Shown here in pieces: positions 8,505 through 16,976 of a DNA stretch of 27,510 nt; the first letter of the stretch is position 1, and every line of letters starts with the position of its first letter. The stretch spans positions 1 through 27,510 of the IMG/VR virus record IMGVR_UViG_3300037419_001104; one strand, 5' to 3'. Under the pieces are notes generated by a model. That model was not told where the DNA came from and searched no databases. It was given only the letters and a program-made list of their open reading frames with translations. Source of the stretch: a virus (Duplodnaviria; Caudoviricetes). Both the position numbers and the translations under genes were made by a program.

Positions 8505-9704
8505 ATGGCTGGCATCACCGGTCTGGGGACAACCTTTAATCTCCCCAACTACACGGGTGTCCTCACGGGCATCTCCAAGGAAGCAACGCCTTTCCTGACC
8601 GCTATCGGCGGCCTCTCGAACGGCGGCGGCGGCACGGCGGACTACGAGTTCGAGTGGCAGGAATACGACCTGCGCAAGCGCGGCCAGAACGTAGCGCTGG
8701 AAGGTGCTGACGCTCCTACCGCTCAGGCTCGGACCCGCTCGAACTTCTCCAACGTGGTTCAGATCCACCACGAGACGGTCGAGGTGTCCTACACCAAGCA
8801 GGCCGCCAACCAGCGCCTCGCCGGCCTGGCTCAGGGTGGCACGTCGAACCCGATCACCAACGAGATGGATTGGCAGGTTGAGCAGGCCCTCAAGCAGATC
8901 GCCGGCGACATCAACTGGTCTTTCATCAACGGCACGTACAACAAGCCGTCCGACAACACCACGGCTCGTAAGACCCGTGGCCTGCTCTCTGCGGTCTACT
9001 CGGGCAACTCCAAGGTGGATTCCGGGGCTGTGGCCCGCACGGGCGGCACGTCTGCCACGGACACCATCACGGCGACACACTCGCTCTCTGTCGGTGACCG
9101 TGTGGTCTTCACCGCCGTTTCCGGTGCCGCTGCGGCGAACATCACCCTCGGCCAGGCATACTACGTGCAGTCGGTCTCCACCACTGTGTCGTTCAAGATC
9201 GAGGCCACCTCCGGCGGCGGAGCGATCACGGTCGGCACGGGCACGGGCATCAACTTCTACCAGACCAGCACCACTGCCTCCGCGAAGGCGCAGGTTAACC
9301 TGCTCGCCCGCCGCGTGTGGGAGAACGGTGGAGGTCAGGCGAACCTGAACAAGGTGCTGCTCTGCGGTAACCGCCAGCAGGAGGCCATCTCCACGGCGTT
9401 CGGTTCCGCTTACGCGGAGACCTCCCGCTCCATTGCAGGCCTGTCCATCAGCACGGTCATCACCGACTACGGCACGTTCGGCGTCATGCAGGACATCGAC
9501 ATGCCTCAGGACGCGGTCGCCCTTGTGGACCTGTCCGCTTGCCGCCCCGTGTGGCTGACCATCCCGGACAAGGGCCACCTGTTCCTGGAGCCTCTCGCCA
9601 AGACCGGCGCGAAGGAGAAGGCCCAGATTTACGGCGAGGTCGGTCTCGACTACGGCCACGAGCGCCTTCACGGCCTGACTCGCGGTCTGTTCATCCCTGC
9701 CTGA
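8505..9704 (+). CDS. Major capsid protein (SU10/DUF5309-like) with an internal inserted domain
   Basis: Strong TAAGGAG SD. MAGITGLGTTFNLPNYTG, FEWQEYDL, NVVQIHHETVEVSYTKQA, FLEPLAKTGAKEKAQIYGEVGLDYG motifs. Confidence 0.93.
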   Translation: MAGITGLGTTFNLPNYTGVLTGISKEATPFLTAIGGLSNGGGGTADYEFEWQEYDLRKRGQNVALEGADAPTAQARTRSNFSNVVQIHHETVEVSYTKQAANQRLAGLAQGGTSNPITNEMDWQVEQALKQIAGDINWSFINGTYNKPSDNTTARKTRGLLSAVYSGNSKVDSGAVARTGGTSATDTITATHSLSVGDRVVFTAVSGAAAANITLGQAYYVQSVSTTVSFKIEATSGGGAITVGTGTGINFYQTSTTASAKAQVNLLARRVWENGGGQANLNKVLLCGNRQQEAISTAFGSAYAETSRSIAGLSISTVITDYGTFGVMQDIDMPQDAVALVDLSACRPVWLTIPDKGHLFLEPLAKTGAKEKAQIYGEVGLDYGHERLHGLTRGLFIPA

Positions 9705-9725
9705 TTCTGATTCTGGAGGTTGGTT

Positions 9726-10286
9726 ATGTCACGCTTTGCGGAGGTAGCCGACCTCCAGAAAAAGACGAAAGTCGTCTATCGGGGCGCGGATATCCCTTGG
9801 GTTGAGCAGCTGCTTGAGGACGCCACGAACGAGCTCCGCAGGATCATTGGCTGGCAGGTTTACCCTGCCGCCGTGGTCTCCTACCGGACCTTGCTGCGGG
9901 GCTGCGAGCACTACACACTGCCAGTCCAGCCGGTCGTGGATGCCCCTGTGGTCACGATCGACGGTTCCACTGTCGATGTCGATTTCTACGACGGCGGGTT
10001 CACTGTTCTGTGCGGCGGGATCGCAACGGTCACGTTCACCGCAGGGTACGACTCCCCGCCGCCGGATCTCGTCACGTGGTGCTGTGTTCTCGCGCAGCAG
10101 GTCATTGATGCGATCCAGAAGCTTGGGCTGCTCGGCCCGGGCGGGCTGTCATCGGTTTCCATTGACGACTTCAAGCTCGTCTGGTCCCAGGACGGCTCCA
10201 CGGGCGGCGGTTACACGCTGCCTGAACGCATCGAGGAGTCACTCAAGCAGTCCTACGGTTCGTCCGCTTACGTCACGGGGAAGTAG
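9726..10286 (+). CDS. Head-to-tail adaptor
   Basis: GGAGG SD at 9715-9719. FAEVADL...LLEDAT, VTFTAGY, SVSIDDF. Follows the capsid gene. Confidence 0.85.
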   Translation: MSRFAEVADLQKKTKVVYRGADIPWVEQLLEDATNELRRIIGWQVYPAAVVSYRTLLRGCEHYTLPVQPVVDAPVVTIDGSTVDVDFYDGGFTVLCGGIATVTFTAGYDSPPPDLVTWCCVLAQQVIDAIQKLGLLGPGGLSSVSIDDFKLVWSQDGSTGGGYTLPERIEESLKQSYGSSAYVTGK

Positions 10287-10288
10287 TC

Positions 10289-10678
10289 GTGATCGAGGGT
10301 ATTCTCGCCGCAGCGCAAGGCTGGGCTGAGCAAAAGATGCTCGACACGTGCACGATCACCCGCGTGACCGGGAAAACGTTCAACGAAACCACGAAGCTGT
10401 ACGTTCCCACCACGATCACCGTGTACTCGGGCCCGTGTGAACTGAAGCAGGAGGCGCGGGCCGTGGAAACGGCAAGCGGCCCCGGTCAGGTGGAGCAGAT
10501 CCAGCGCGGCATCCTGAAGCTGCCCATCGCGGAGTCATCCGCGGTTCAGCCAGGCGATGACGTGCTCATGGTTACCTCGTTGAATCCCGGTCTTGTTGGG
10601 CTCAGGGCGAAGGTCCGCGGTGGTCACTACCAGTCGGCGGCGTCCGCGCGGCGCCTACCTATCGAGGTGGTCTCATGA
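10289..10678 (+). CDS. Head-to-tail stopper (DUF6093-like)
   Basis: MLDTCTITR...VYSGPC...LKLP...ARRLPIE pattern and synteny. Confidence 0.82.
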   Translation: MIEGILAAAQGWAEQKMLDTCTITRVTGKTFNETTKLYVPTTITVYSGPCELKQEARAVETASGPGQVEQIQRGILKLPIAESSAVQPGDDVLMVTSLNPGLVGLRAKVRGGHYQSAASARRLPIEVVS

Positions 10679-11052
10679 TCGGCATCAAGGTAACAGGCTT
10701 CGACCCGCTGTTGAGGACAGCGGCCGGCGCACGGCAGTCGTTCAACGAGAACGCGAGGCTGGCCGTGCAGGTCACCGCGGGCAAGATCAAGGCCGACGCC
10801 CGCGAGGGTGCTGCCGCGATCGGCGGCCGTGCATCCGGCGTGGAGCGAACGATCGGCTACACCACTCAGATCCATGGGAACAGCATCGAGGCTGAGATCG
10901 GTTACCGGAGGGGGATGCGCAGGGCTGCACTTCCGCTGGAGGTCGGCACACGGCACACTGCCCCGAAGCCGGTCCTGCGTCAGGCGTTGGAGAAGAACAA
11001 GCAGGACTTCTACGACGGCCTCGCTAAGGCGATCAGGGATTCGTTCAGATGA
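10675..11052 (+). CDS. Neck/tail completion protein (HK97 gp10-like)
   Basis: ATGA overlap. AEIG...LEVGTRHTAPKPVLRQAL motif. Confidence 0.8.
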   Translation: MIGIKVTGFDPLLRTAAGARQSFNENARLAVQVTAGKIKADAREGAAAIGGRASGVERTIGYTTQIHGNSIEAEIGYRRGMRRAALPLEVGTRHTAPKPVLRQALEKNKQDFYDGLAKAIRDSFR

Positions 11053-11459
11053 TCGGGGAACACGTCAGTGCCGTCCTTGCGCGGCTGGAAGCTCACGCGA
11101 CCCTCGCAGGCCGGGTTGTTGACGGCGGCGTGGACGAAACGGAGGAAATCAAGCCTCCCCCGTACGTGGTGGTCTACGTGGACTCCGGCCAGCGCTCCAC
11201 TGAGCGGCTGGCGAACGCCAACCCGGAGCGGGCCGACTTCTACGTCACGGTCAAGTCCGTGGGCGAGGATCGGCGTCAGGCGCACGCGTTCGTGGATGCA
11301 GTCATGGAGCAATTCCTCGGCTGGAAACCCACGGTCGCCGGCTACCGAACCACTCCTTTGCAGCATGGCCCGTCGTTCCCGCCGTCACGTGACAGTGACT
11401 TCCGCCCCGCAGTGTTCGAAGCCTCGGACGACTTCACGTTTACGAGCCGCAAAACCTAG
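11049..11459 (+). CDS. Tail terminator protein
   Basis: ATGA overlap. VVDG...PPYVVVY motif. Position before the major tail gene. Confidence 0.8.
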   Translation: MIGEHVSAVLARLEAHATLAGRVVDGGVDETEEIKPPPYVVVYVDSGQRSTERLANANPERADFYVTVKSVGEDRRQAHAFVDAVMEQFLGWKPTVAGYRTTPLQHGPSFPPSRDSDFRPAVFEASDDFTFTSRKT

Positions 11460-11467
11460 GGAGCATC

Positions 11468-11635
11468 ATGCCCGATTTCGTGCTTGCCCGGGATAACTAC
11501 CGGGGCGTGGAACAAATGGTGTCCACGACCTGGCTTGCCCGCTGGCCCGACGACTACACGGTGCTTGATGGCGCCGACCCCGTGCCGGAGAAACCTGCAC
11601 GGCCCAAAAAGCCGCACAGTAAGGAGCAGGACTAA
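11468..11635 (+). CDS. Small hypothetical protein, 55 aa (absent from ORF track)
   Basis: GGGAG SD at 11459-11463. MPDFVLARDNYRGVEQMVSTTWLARWPDDYTVLDG...SKEQD. TAATG overlap with the major tail gene. Fills the gap exactly. Confidence 0.8.
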   Translation: MPDFVLARDNYRGVEQMVSTTWLARWPDDYTVLDGADPVPEKPARPKKPHSKEQD

Positions 11636-12132
11636 TGTCCGCTGAAACCGTACCAGCGTCCGTCAATACAGACGGCAACCTGACTATCTGGTGGATTCCC
11701 GGGACGACCGGCAACCCACTTTCGAAGGCCGTCATTGAGGCGGGAACTTCGAAGCTCATCACCTATTCCCTCACGGGCGACGGGTGGAACCACGGCACCG
11801 ACGAGACTGTGATCGAGGACGTGCGCCTCACGCTGGCGCAGACCCTTCAGGAGCTCGGGCGTGTCACTGACACTCTCGAACTGAAGTACGTCTTCGGTGA
11901 CACGGGCGACATCGCGCGCGCTGCGCTCACGCAGAACACCCGCGGCTGGTTCGTGGTCCGCTACGCGAAGGCAAACGACACGACCGTGACCGTGGGTGAC
12001 ATCGTTGACGTCCTCCCTGTCCGCCTCGGCGTGCAGCGCAAGACGGCGCCGACCGCGAACAGCCAGTTCACGATCATGCAGAAGGTCGTTGTCAAGGGGA
12101 ACGTAATCCGCGACGGCGTTGTGGTCGCATAA
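11635..12132 (+). CDS. Major tail (tube) protein
   Basis: TAAGGAG SD. PASVNTDGNLTIWW, TYSLTGDGW, GDIVDVLPV patterns. Followed by a terminator. Confidence 0.88.
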   Translation: MSAETVPASVNTDGNLTIWWIPGTTGNPLSKAVIEAGTSKLITYSLTGDGWNHGTDETVIEDVRLTLAQTLQELGRVTDTLELKYVFGDTGDIARAALTQNTRGWFVVRYAKANDTTVTVGDIVDVLPVRLGVQRKTAPTANSQFTIMQKVVVKGNVIRDGVVVA

Positions 12133-12145
12133 CCCCCTGCACTAC

Positions 12146-12172
12146 AGGCCGCCTTTGGGCGGCTTTTTATTT
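12146..12172 (+). terminator. Intrinsic terminator after major tail gene
   Basis: GCCGCC-TTTG-GGCGGC stem followed by TTTTTATTT. Confidence 0.88.
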
Positions 12173-12186
12173 GCCCGGAAACGGGC

Positions 12187-12234
12187 GGCGTGCGGCTGGT
12201 GCCGGTCAGCGGGGTCCGATCCCCCGCCACGCCA
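12187..12234 (+). other. tRNA-like minihelix (acceptor-like stem stacked on T-arm-like hairpin)
   Basis: GGCGTG/CACGCC-A outer stem. GCGGGG-TCCGATC-CCCCGC hairpin with a T-loop-like 7-mer. Too short for a real tRNA. Confidence 0.4.
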
Positions 12235-12256
12235 CTCCTTGAATTGGGGGGCTGTG

Positions 12257-12730
12257 ATGTTGACAGGTCAGGTCGGGGTCGTTCATCACGGTACGTGGTG
12301 GGTCGCAAGGGTTATCGAGTGGGCCACCCGTTCGAACGCCCACCACGTTGTGGTCGCTGTTTCGGAGACGGCGTGCATGTCCGCTGAGCCGTGGCGGGTG
12401 CGCGTGCAGCAGATCAGCAATTATGAGCACATCACGTGGTCACAGTACCGGCTCACTCCTGTTGACGTGGAGAACGTCGTGAACGGCGCCTATTCGTATG
12501 TGGGTGCGAAGTACAACGTGGCCGCGTTCGTGGCCCTCGGCGTCCATCACATCACCGGCTGGCGCATTCCCGACTGCGTAGCCGCCTGGCTGAACCGGCG
12601 ACCCTACGTGACCTGCTCCCAAATGGCGACGCAGGTCATGCTCGCAGCCGACGTCCTGCCCGTCCCGCACACCACTGTTGTGTGCCCCGGGGACTGGCAG
12701 CGAATGTTCCACCGCCTCGGCTGGATGTAA
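12257..12730 (+). CDS. Permuted papain-like (NlpC/P60, YiiX/YebB-type) hydrolase, ~157 aa
   Basis: IEWATRSNAHHVVV (His) precedes VGAKYN and TCSQ (Cys), with a terminal CPGDW. His-before-Cys order marks the permuted family. Start 12254 or 12257. Confidence 0.78.
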   Translation: MLTGQVGVVHHGTWWVARVIEWATRSNAHHVVVAVSETACMSAEPWRVRVQQISNYEHITWSQYRLTPVDVENVVNGAYSYVGAKYNVAAFVALGVHHITGWRIPDCVAAWLNRRPYVTCSQMATQVMLAADVLPVPHTTVVCPGDWQRMFHRLGWM

Positions 12731-12736
12731 CAGACT

Positions 12737-12798
12737 CCCGCGCATGCTGACCACCAGCGGCATGCGCGGGGCACCAACGTAGCTGGTGGACTGGTGGA
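12737..12798 (+). promoter_or_regulatory. 13-bp hairpin whose loop pairs with a downstream tandem repeat (putative pseudoknot) at the tail chaperone RBS
   Basis: CCCGCGCATGCTG-ACCACCAG-CGGCATGCGCGGG, then CTGGTGGA twice (12783-12790, 12791-12798). Confidence 0.6.
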
Positions 12799-12809
12799 AG
12801 GAAACGATC

Positions 12810-13376
12810 ATGTCCTCTTTGAGGAAGAAGCTCGACAAGGCAACGTTCCGGTTCGAAGACGTGGACGTGTGTTTGAACGGCGAGCTGGCCGGCCAGCGTG
12901 AAGCGCTGCTGGAGAAGATGCAGGAAGTAGCGGAAGGCCCCGTTGAAGTTCGCATGGGCATGGCGCCGCAGCTGCCGCATCAGGCGGTCCGTGAGGAGAT
13001 TGATGCTCTCGAAGAGGAGATGCGCGACCAGCTCGTGACTCTCCGCTTCCGGACCCTGAGCTTCGAGAAGTGGAACAACCTGCTCGCCAAGCACCCGCCC
13101 CGGGATGGCCTGCCCCTGGATGCCCGCAAGGGTTACAACGTCGTGGCCGTCACCAAGGAAGCCGCTGAGCATAGCGGCTGGCTGGTCGAGAACGGCACCC
13201 CGGAGAGCATCGCACCTGAGGAATGGTCCGAACTGTGGGCCAACCTGTCCGGCGGCGACTTCGACCGGATCTGGGGTGTCATCACCCGCCTGAACGAGTC
13301 CAACGGCTGGGTTGGTGTGGACTTCCTAAAAAAAGGATCGGGCAAGACCCCCAGCTCTACCGAGACCTCAAGCTAG
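12810..13376 (+). CDS. Tail assembly chaperone (gpG-like)
   Basis: GAAGGAA SD. LRFRTLSFEKWNNLLAKHPPR motif. Lies between major tail and tape measure. Slippery site near the 3' end. Confidence 0.9.
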   Translation: MSSLRKKLDKATFRFEDVDVCLNGELAGQREALLEKMQEVAEGPVEVRMGMAPQLPHQAVREEIDALEEEMRDQLVTLRFRTLSFEKWNNLLAKHPPRDGLPLDARKGYNVVAVTKEAAEHSGWLVENGTPESIAPEEWSELWANLSGGDFDRIWGVITRLNESNGWVGVDFLKKGSGKTPSSTETSS

Positions 13377-13777
13377 CCCGCTCCCTAGGAATCGCCCCGC
13401 GCCGCCTGTGGGGCTGGGAACCGAAGACAGTCTACGAGCGTGACCAGCGCGGCCGGATCTTGTCCTCAACCCCGGAGCCCGAGTTCGACCGGGAGCAGTA
13501 CGAGATGCTGGCCGCGCTCGCTGAGTACGAGGCTGACCTCGGCCCGCACGGGCAGCCCATGTCTGAGGCGATCTCCCCCGCCGGGGACCCGAACAACAAG
13601 GACGGCCGCTACTACTACGCCGCTGGTATCGAGAGCGCCCCGGGCCTGCCAGTTGTGGACTTCGCTGCTCAGGCGCGCGAGAGGGCCGAGGCGGCTTACT
13701 TCAAGAAGTACCCGGACGCCGACCGTGCAGGGCTTATTTGGCTGGTCCGGAAGGTCGAGCGCCGGCCAGGTGTTTGA
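12810..13777 (+). CDS. Tail assembly chaperone, -1 frameshift extended form (gpGT-like), ~322 aa
   Basis: CTA AAA AAA GGA gives heptamer A AAA AAA at 13328-13334. The -1 frame continues RIGQDPQLYRDL...LWGWEP... to TGA 13777. Confidence 0.88.
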
Positions 13778-13958
13778 CGACGTTCCCGCCGACCAGCAGG
13801 ACAGTCCCGCCGATGAAGAACGCCCCACCCAGAGGGGCGTTCGCTGCGGGGAACGCAAGGACGATGAGGATCGCCCCGAACAGAATCATCAGGAGCCCCG
13901 GGGGTGGCGCGTTGAATCGCGAGGTTCGGGGCTTCTCTGGGGCTTTCTGCTGCGTCAT
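13734..13958 (-). CDS. Small two-TM membrane protein (moron, superinfection-exclusion candidate), 74 aa
   Basis: MTQQKAPEKPRTSRFNAPPPGLLMILFGAILIVLAFPAANAPLGGAFFIGGTVLLVGGNVVKHL... Fills the gap before the tape measure gene. TACAAT -10 lies 6 nt upstream of the ATG. Confidence 0.78.
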   Translation of the reverse strand: MTQQKAPEKPRTSRFNAPPPGLLMILFGAILIVLAFPAANAPLGGAFFIGGTVLLVGGNVVKHLAGARPSGPAK

Positions 13959-13993
13959 TGGGCAATTGTATGGCGACTTTAGATAACTGAACA
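13959..13993 (-). promoter_or_regulatory. Leaderless sigma-A type promoter for the reverse membrane gene
   Basis: -10 TACAAT (13970-13965) in a local AT-rich patch, 6 nt from the ATG. The -35 is weak (TGTTCA at 17-nt spacing). Confidence 0.6.
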
Positions 13994-14004
13994 GGGGGCC
14001 GCTC

Positions 14005-16974
14005 GTGCCAAGCGAAGCGTACACGATCAGCGCGAAAGCGACCTTCGACACGAGCGACTTCAACAGGGGGCTTTCCTCCTTCGAGAAGGGCCTCACCAGC
14101 GCCCAGACGGGGTTCTCGAAGTACGGTTCCGAGGCTGAGAAGGCGTCCAAGCAGACCAAGGGTTTCATCGACTCCAACAAGCAGCACATGGAGTCCCTCG
14201 GCAAGGACGCGATGATCCTGGGCGGCGCGATGCTGGCCGGGGCCGCGCTCGCGATCAAGGCGTGGTCTGATTTCTCTGGCCGCATGGCTCAGGTGCAGTC
14301 CTTGTCGCATGCTTCGGCTACTGAGATGCAGGCGCTCTCTTCGGCCGCCCTGACCATGGGTACGAGCTTTGGTCAGTCCGCGAACGAGGTCGCTGACGCG
14401 GAGATTGAACTGACGAAGGCTGGCCTGACCGCGAAGGAGATGCTGGGCGGCGCTCTCGCCGGGGCACTTGCTCTGGCGGCGGCTGGTCAGATCGAGGTTG
14501 GGAAGGCGACGGAGATCGCCACCATTGCGCTCACGCAGTTCAACCTCCACGGCAAGGACGTCCCCCACGTTGCGGATCTACTCGCTGCGGGTGCTGATAA
14601 GGCGCTGGGCGGCGTGGATGACCTCGGCATGGGCCTGAAGCAGGGTGGCCAGGTGGCCGCCTCCTTCGGCCTGACCCTTGAGGACACGGTTGGTACTTTG
14701 TCGGCCTTCGCTAACGCGGGTCTTCTTGGCTCGGACGCTGGTACGTCCCTGAAGACCATGCTTATCGCGCTGGCTAACCCGGGCAAGCAGGCCAGGGACA
14801 CCATGGCCGAACTGGGGATCTCGGCCTTCGATACGAATAACAAGTTCGTCGGGGTCGTGTCCCTTGCGCAGCAGCTTCACGACAAGCTTGGTCCGCTCGC
14901 GGACGCCCAGCAGAAAGCCGCCCTGGCAACGATTTTCGGGACCGACGCTATCCGCTCCTCGAATGAGCTTATGAAGCTCGGAGGGGACGGCATCCAGAAG
15001 TGGATCAAGGACGTCAACGACCAAGGGTTCGCGGCGAAGCAGGCGGCCGGGAAGCTCGATTCCCTGAACGGGGACTTCAAGAAGCTTCAGGCGGTTTTCG
15101 AGACCGGGCTTATCAAGATGGGCGCGACCGGTGACGGGTTCCTCCGGCCAGTCGTGCAGAACATCACAAAGGCTGTGAAGGCCTTTGGTGATCTTCCGGA
15201 TCCTGTGAAGGGCGGAATCCTGGCCTTCGCCGGATTCGGCGGCGCCGCGCTGCTGCTCGGCGGGTTCCTGCTGACAACCATTCCGAAGATCTACGAGACC
15301 GTGAAGGCCATTGAGGCCATGGCTGCGGCGTCCCCGCGGGCTGCGGCCGCCCTGTCAATGCTGGGCAAGGCTGCGCTACCTCTCGCGGCGATTCTCACGG
15401 CCATGCTGATCGTGACCCGGATCAATGATGCGATGACCCCGGCGGCGAAGACCACCGCCGAGTACACGCAGAAACTCATTGAACTGGGCACAGCAGGCAA
15501 GACCGCTGGTGAAGTGCTCGGCAAGGACATGTTCGCGCGAGCGAACGCCGGGAAGCTGAAGCCGATCACCGATGAGATCGGTTCCTTCGGTGAAGCGCTC
15601 GCCCGGATCAACCACATGGATCTGAACGACAGCGTAAACAACTGGCTGGATTCCATCGGTGTTGATTCCGGCTCGCAGATCAAGGAACTCAAGGCCACCA
15701 TTACCGGGATCGACACAGCCATGTCGGATCTCGTCCGCAGCGGAAGCATGGAGATCGCTGCGACGAACTTCCGAAAGCTGGCCGACGACGCGAAAGCCCA
15801 CGGGGAGGGCCTCGATTCCGTAGCGAAGTCCTTCCCGCAATATCTGGACGCCCTGCGCGAGCAGGCGAGCCAGATGAAGGTGTCCCTCACTGATCAGGAG
15901 CTCCTGAACTGGGCTCTCGGGCAAACCCCGCAGAAGATACTGGACGTCGCCGCTTCGGCGGAGGGTCAGGCAAAGGCCGCGGAGATCGCAGCCCAGCAGA
16001 CCTCGGACCACAAGAAGGCCATGGATGACCTTGGCCTTTCTGTGACTGGTGCGATCACTCAACTGGACAAGCTTGTCACGTCGATGATCAATTCCGGGCT
16101 GATCACCCTGTCCGCTCGGGACGCGGCGCGTAACTTCGAGTCAGCCATTGACGCCCTTGATGACTCCCTCAAGGAGAACGGCGCCACGCTTGACATCACC
16201 ACGGAGAAGGGCCGCAAGAACCAGGCCGCATTCGACGGGATCTCCTCGGCTGGCTTGAAGTCCGCCGAAGCAATGGCGAAGAACGGCGAGTCGCAGGAGA
16301 TTGTGCAGCAGCAGCTTCGCAACACCTACGACCAGTTGATCATCGCGGCCGGCAAGTTCGGGATCACGGGTGACGCGGCGGACACGATGGCCCGGCAGGT
16401 CATGGGCATTCCGAAGGATGTCCCGATCGACACCTCGATCCAGAACTACGCGGACACCATGACCAAGGCCGCGAACGTCAAGTATGCCGTGGACCAGATC
16501 CCGGCAACGAAGACGATCAACATCTACACGGTTGAGCACATCGCGCAGGTCCGCGCCTCGGGGGACACGGCCACGGCTAACGCCATGGACACAGCCAACC
16601 GGTACGCGGAAGGCAAGGCGTACGCAACCGGTGGCGCCATCTACGGACCCGGGCCCAAGGGCATCGACTCGAAGTGGATCAAGGCTGCGCCCGGTGAGCA
16701 CGTGCTTTCCGACGAGGACGTGGACCTGATGGGCGGCCAGGCGGCGGTTTACGCCTTCCGCCAGCAGCTTCACAACGGGTCGCTGAACGCGTCCCGTTCG
16801 GTGCCGAACCCGACGCCGGTAATGACCACCCAGGCGCAGCCGTCCACGGTTGACGTCGGGGTCCACATCGCCGGGGACCTCATCGCAGCTGACCCGCAGG
16901 AAGCGGTCAGAGCGATCCGCACATCCCAGATGGACGCCCTTGTCATGGCAGGACTCAACAACCTCGGAGGTTAG
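14005..16974 (+). CDS. Tape measure protein (TP901-family core), 989 aa
   Basis: Longest ORF, Ala/Gly-rich and helical. GSDAGTSLKTML, ALATIFGTDAIR and C-terminal YATGGAIYGPG...GEHVL motifs. Confidence 0.96.
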   Translation: MPSEAYTISAKATFDTSDFNRGLSSFEKGLTSAQTGFSKYGSEAEKASKQTKGFIDSNKQHMESLGKDAMILGGAMLAGAALAIKAWSDFSGRMAQVQSLSHASATEMQALSSAALTMGTSFGQSANEVADAEIELTKAGLTAKEMLGGALAGALALAAAGQIEVGKATEIATIALTQFNLHGKDVPHVADLLAAGADKALGGVDDLGMGLKQGGQVAASFGLTLEDTVGTLSAFANAGLLGSDAGTSLKTMLIALANPGKQARDTMAELGISAFDTNNKFVGVVSLAQQLHDKLGPLADAQQKAALATIFGTDAIRSSNELMKLGGDGIQKWIKDVNDQGFAAKQAAGKLDSLNGDFKKLQAVFETGLIKMGATGDGFLRPVVQNITKAVKAFGDLPDPVKGGILAFAGFGGAALLLGGFLLTTIPKIYETVKAIEAMAAASPRAAAALSMLGKAALPLAAILTAMLIVTRINDAMTPAAKTTAEYTQKLIELGTAGKTAGEVLGKDMFARANAGKLKPITDEIGSFGEALARINHMDLNDSVNNWLDSIGVDSGSQIKELKATITGIDTAMSDLVRSGSMEIAATNFRKLADDAKAHGEGLDSVAKSFPQYLDALREQASQMKVSLTDQELLNWALGQTPQKILDVAASAEGQAKAAEIAAQQTSDHKKAMDDLGLSVTGAITQLDKLVTSMINSGLITLSARDAARNFESAIDALDDSLKENGATLDITTEKGRKNQAAFDGISSAGLKSAEAMAKNGESQEIVQQQLRNTYDQLIIAAGKFGITGDAADTMARQVMGIPKDVPIDTSIQNYADTMTKAANVKYAVDQIPATKTINIYTVEHIAQVRASGDTATANAMDTANRYAEGKAYATGGAIYGPGPKGIDSKWIKAAPGEHVLSDEDVDLMGGQAAVYAFRQQLHNGSLNASRSVPNPTPVMTTQAQPSTVDVGVHIAGDLIAADPQEAVRAIRTSQMDALVMAGLNNLGG

Positions 16975-16976
16975 GC

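Noticed and set aside
12187-12234. Functional tRNA gene
   Set aside because: About 48 nt, no D-arm/anticodon arm pair and no encoded CCA after the discriminator. Kept only as a tRNA-like element.
12119-12253. Long N-terminal extension of the hydrolase in the ORF track
   Set aside because: Runs through the terminator and structured RNA. The recognisable domain starts near 12257.
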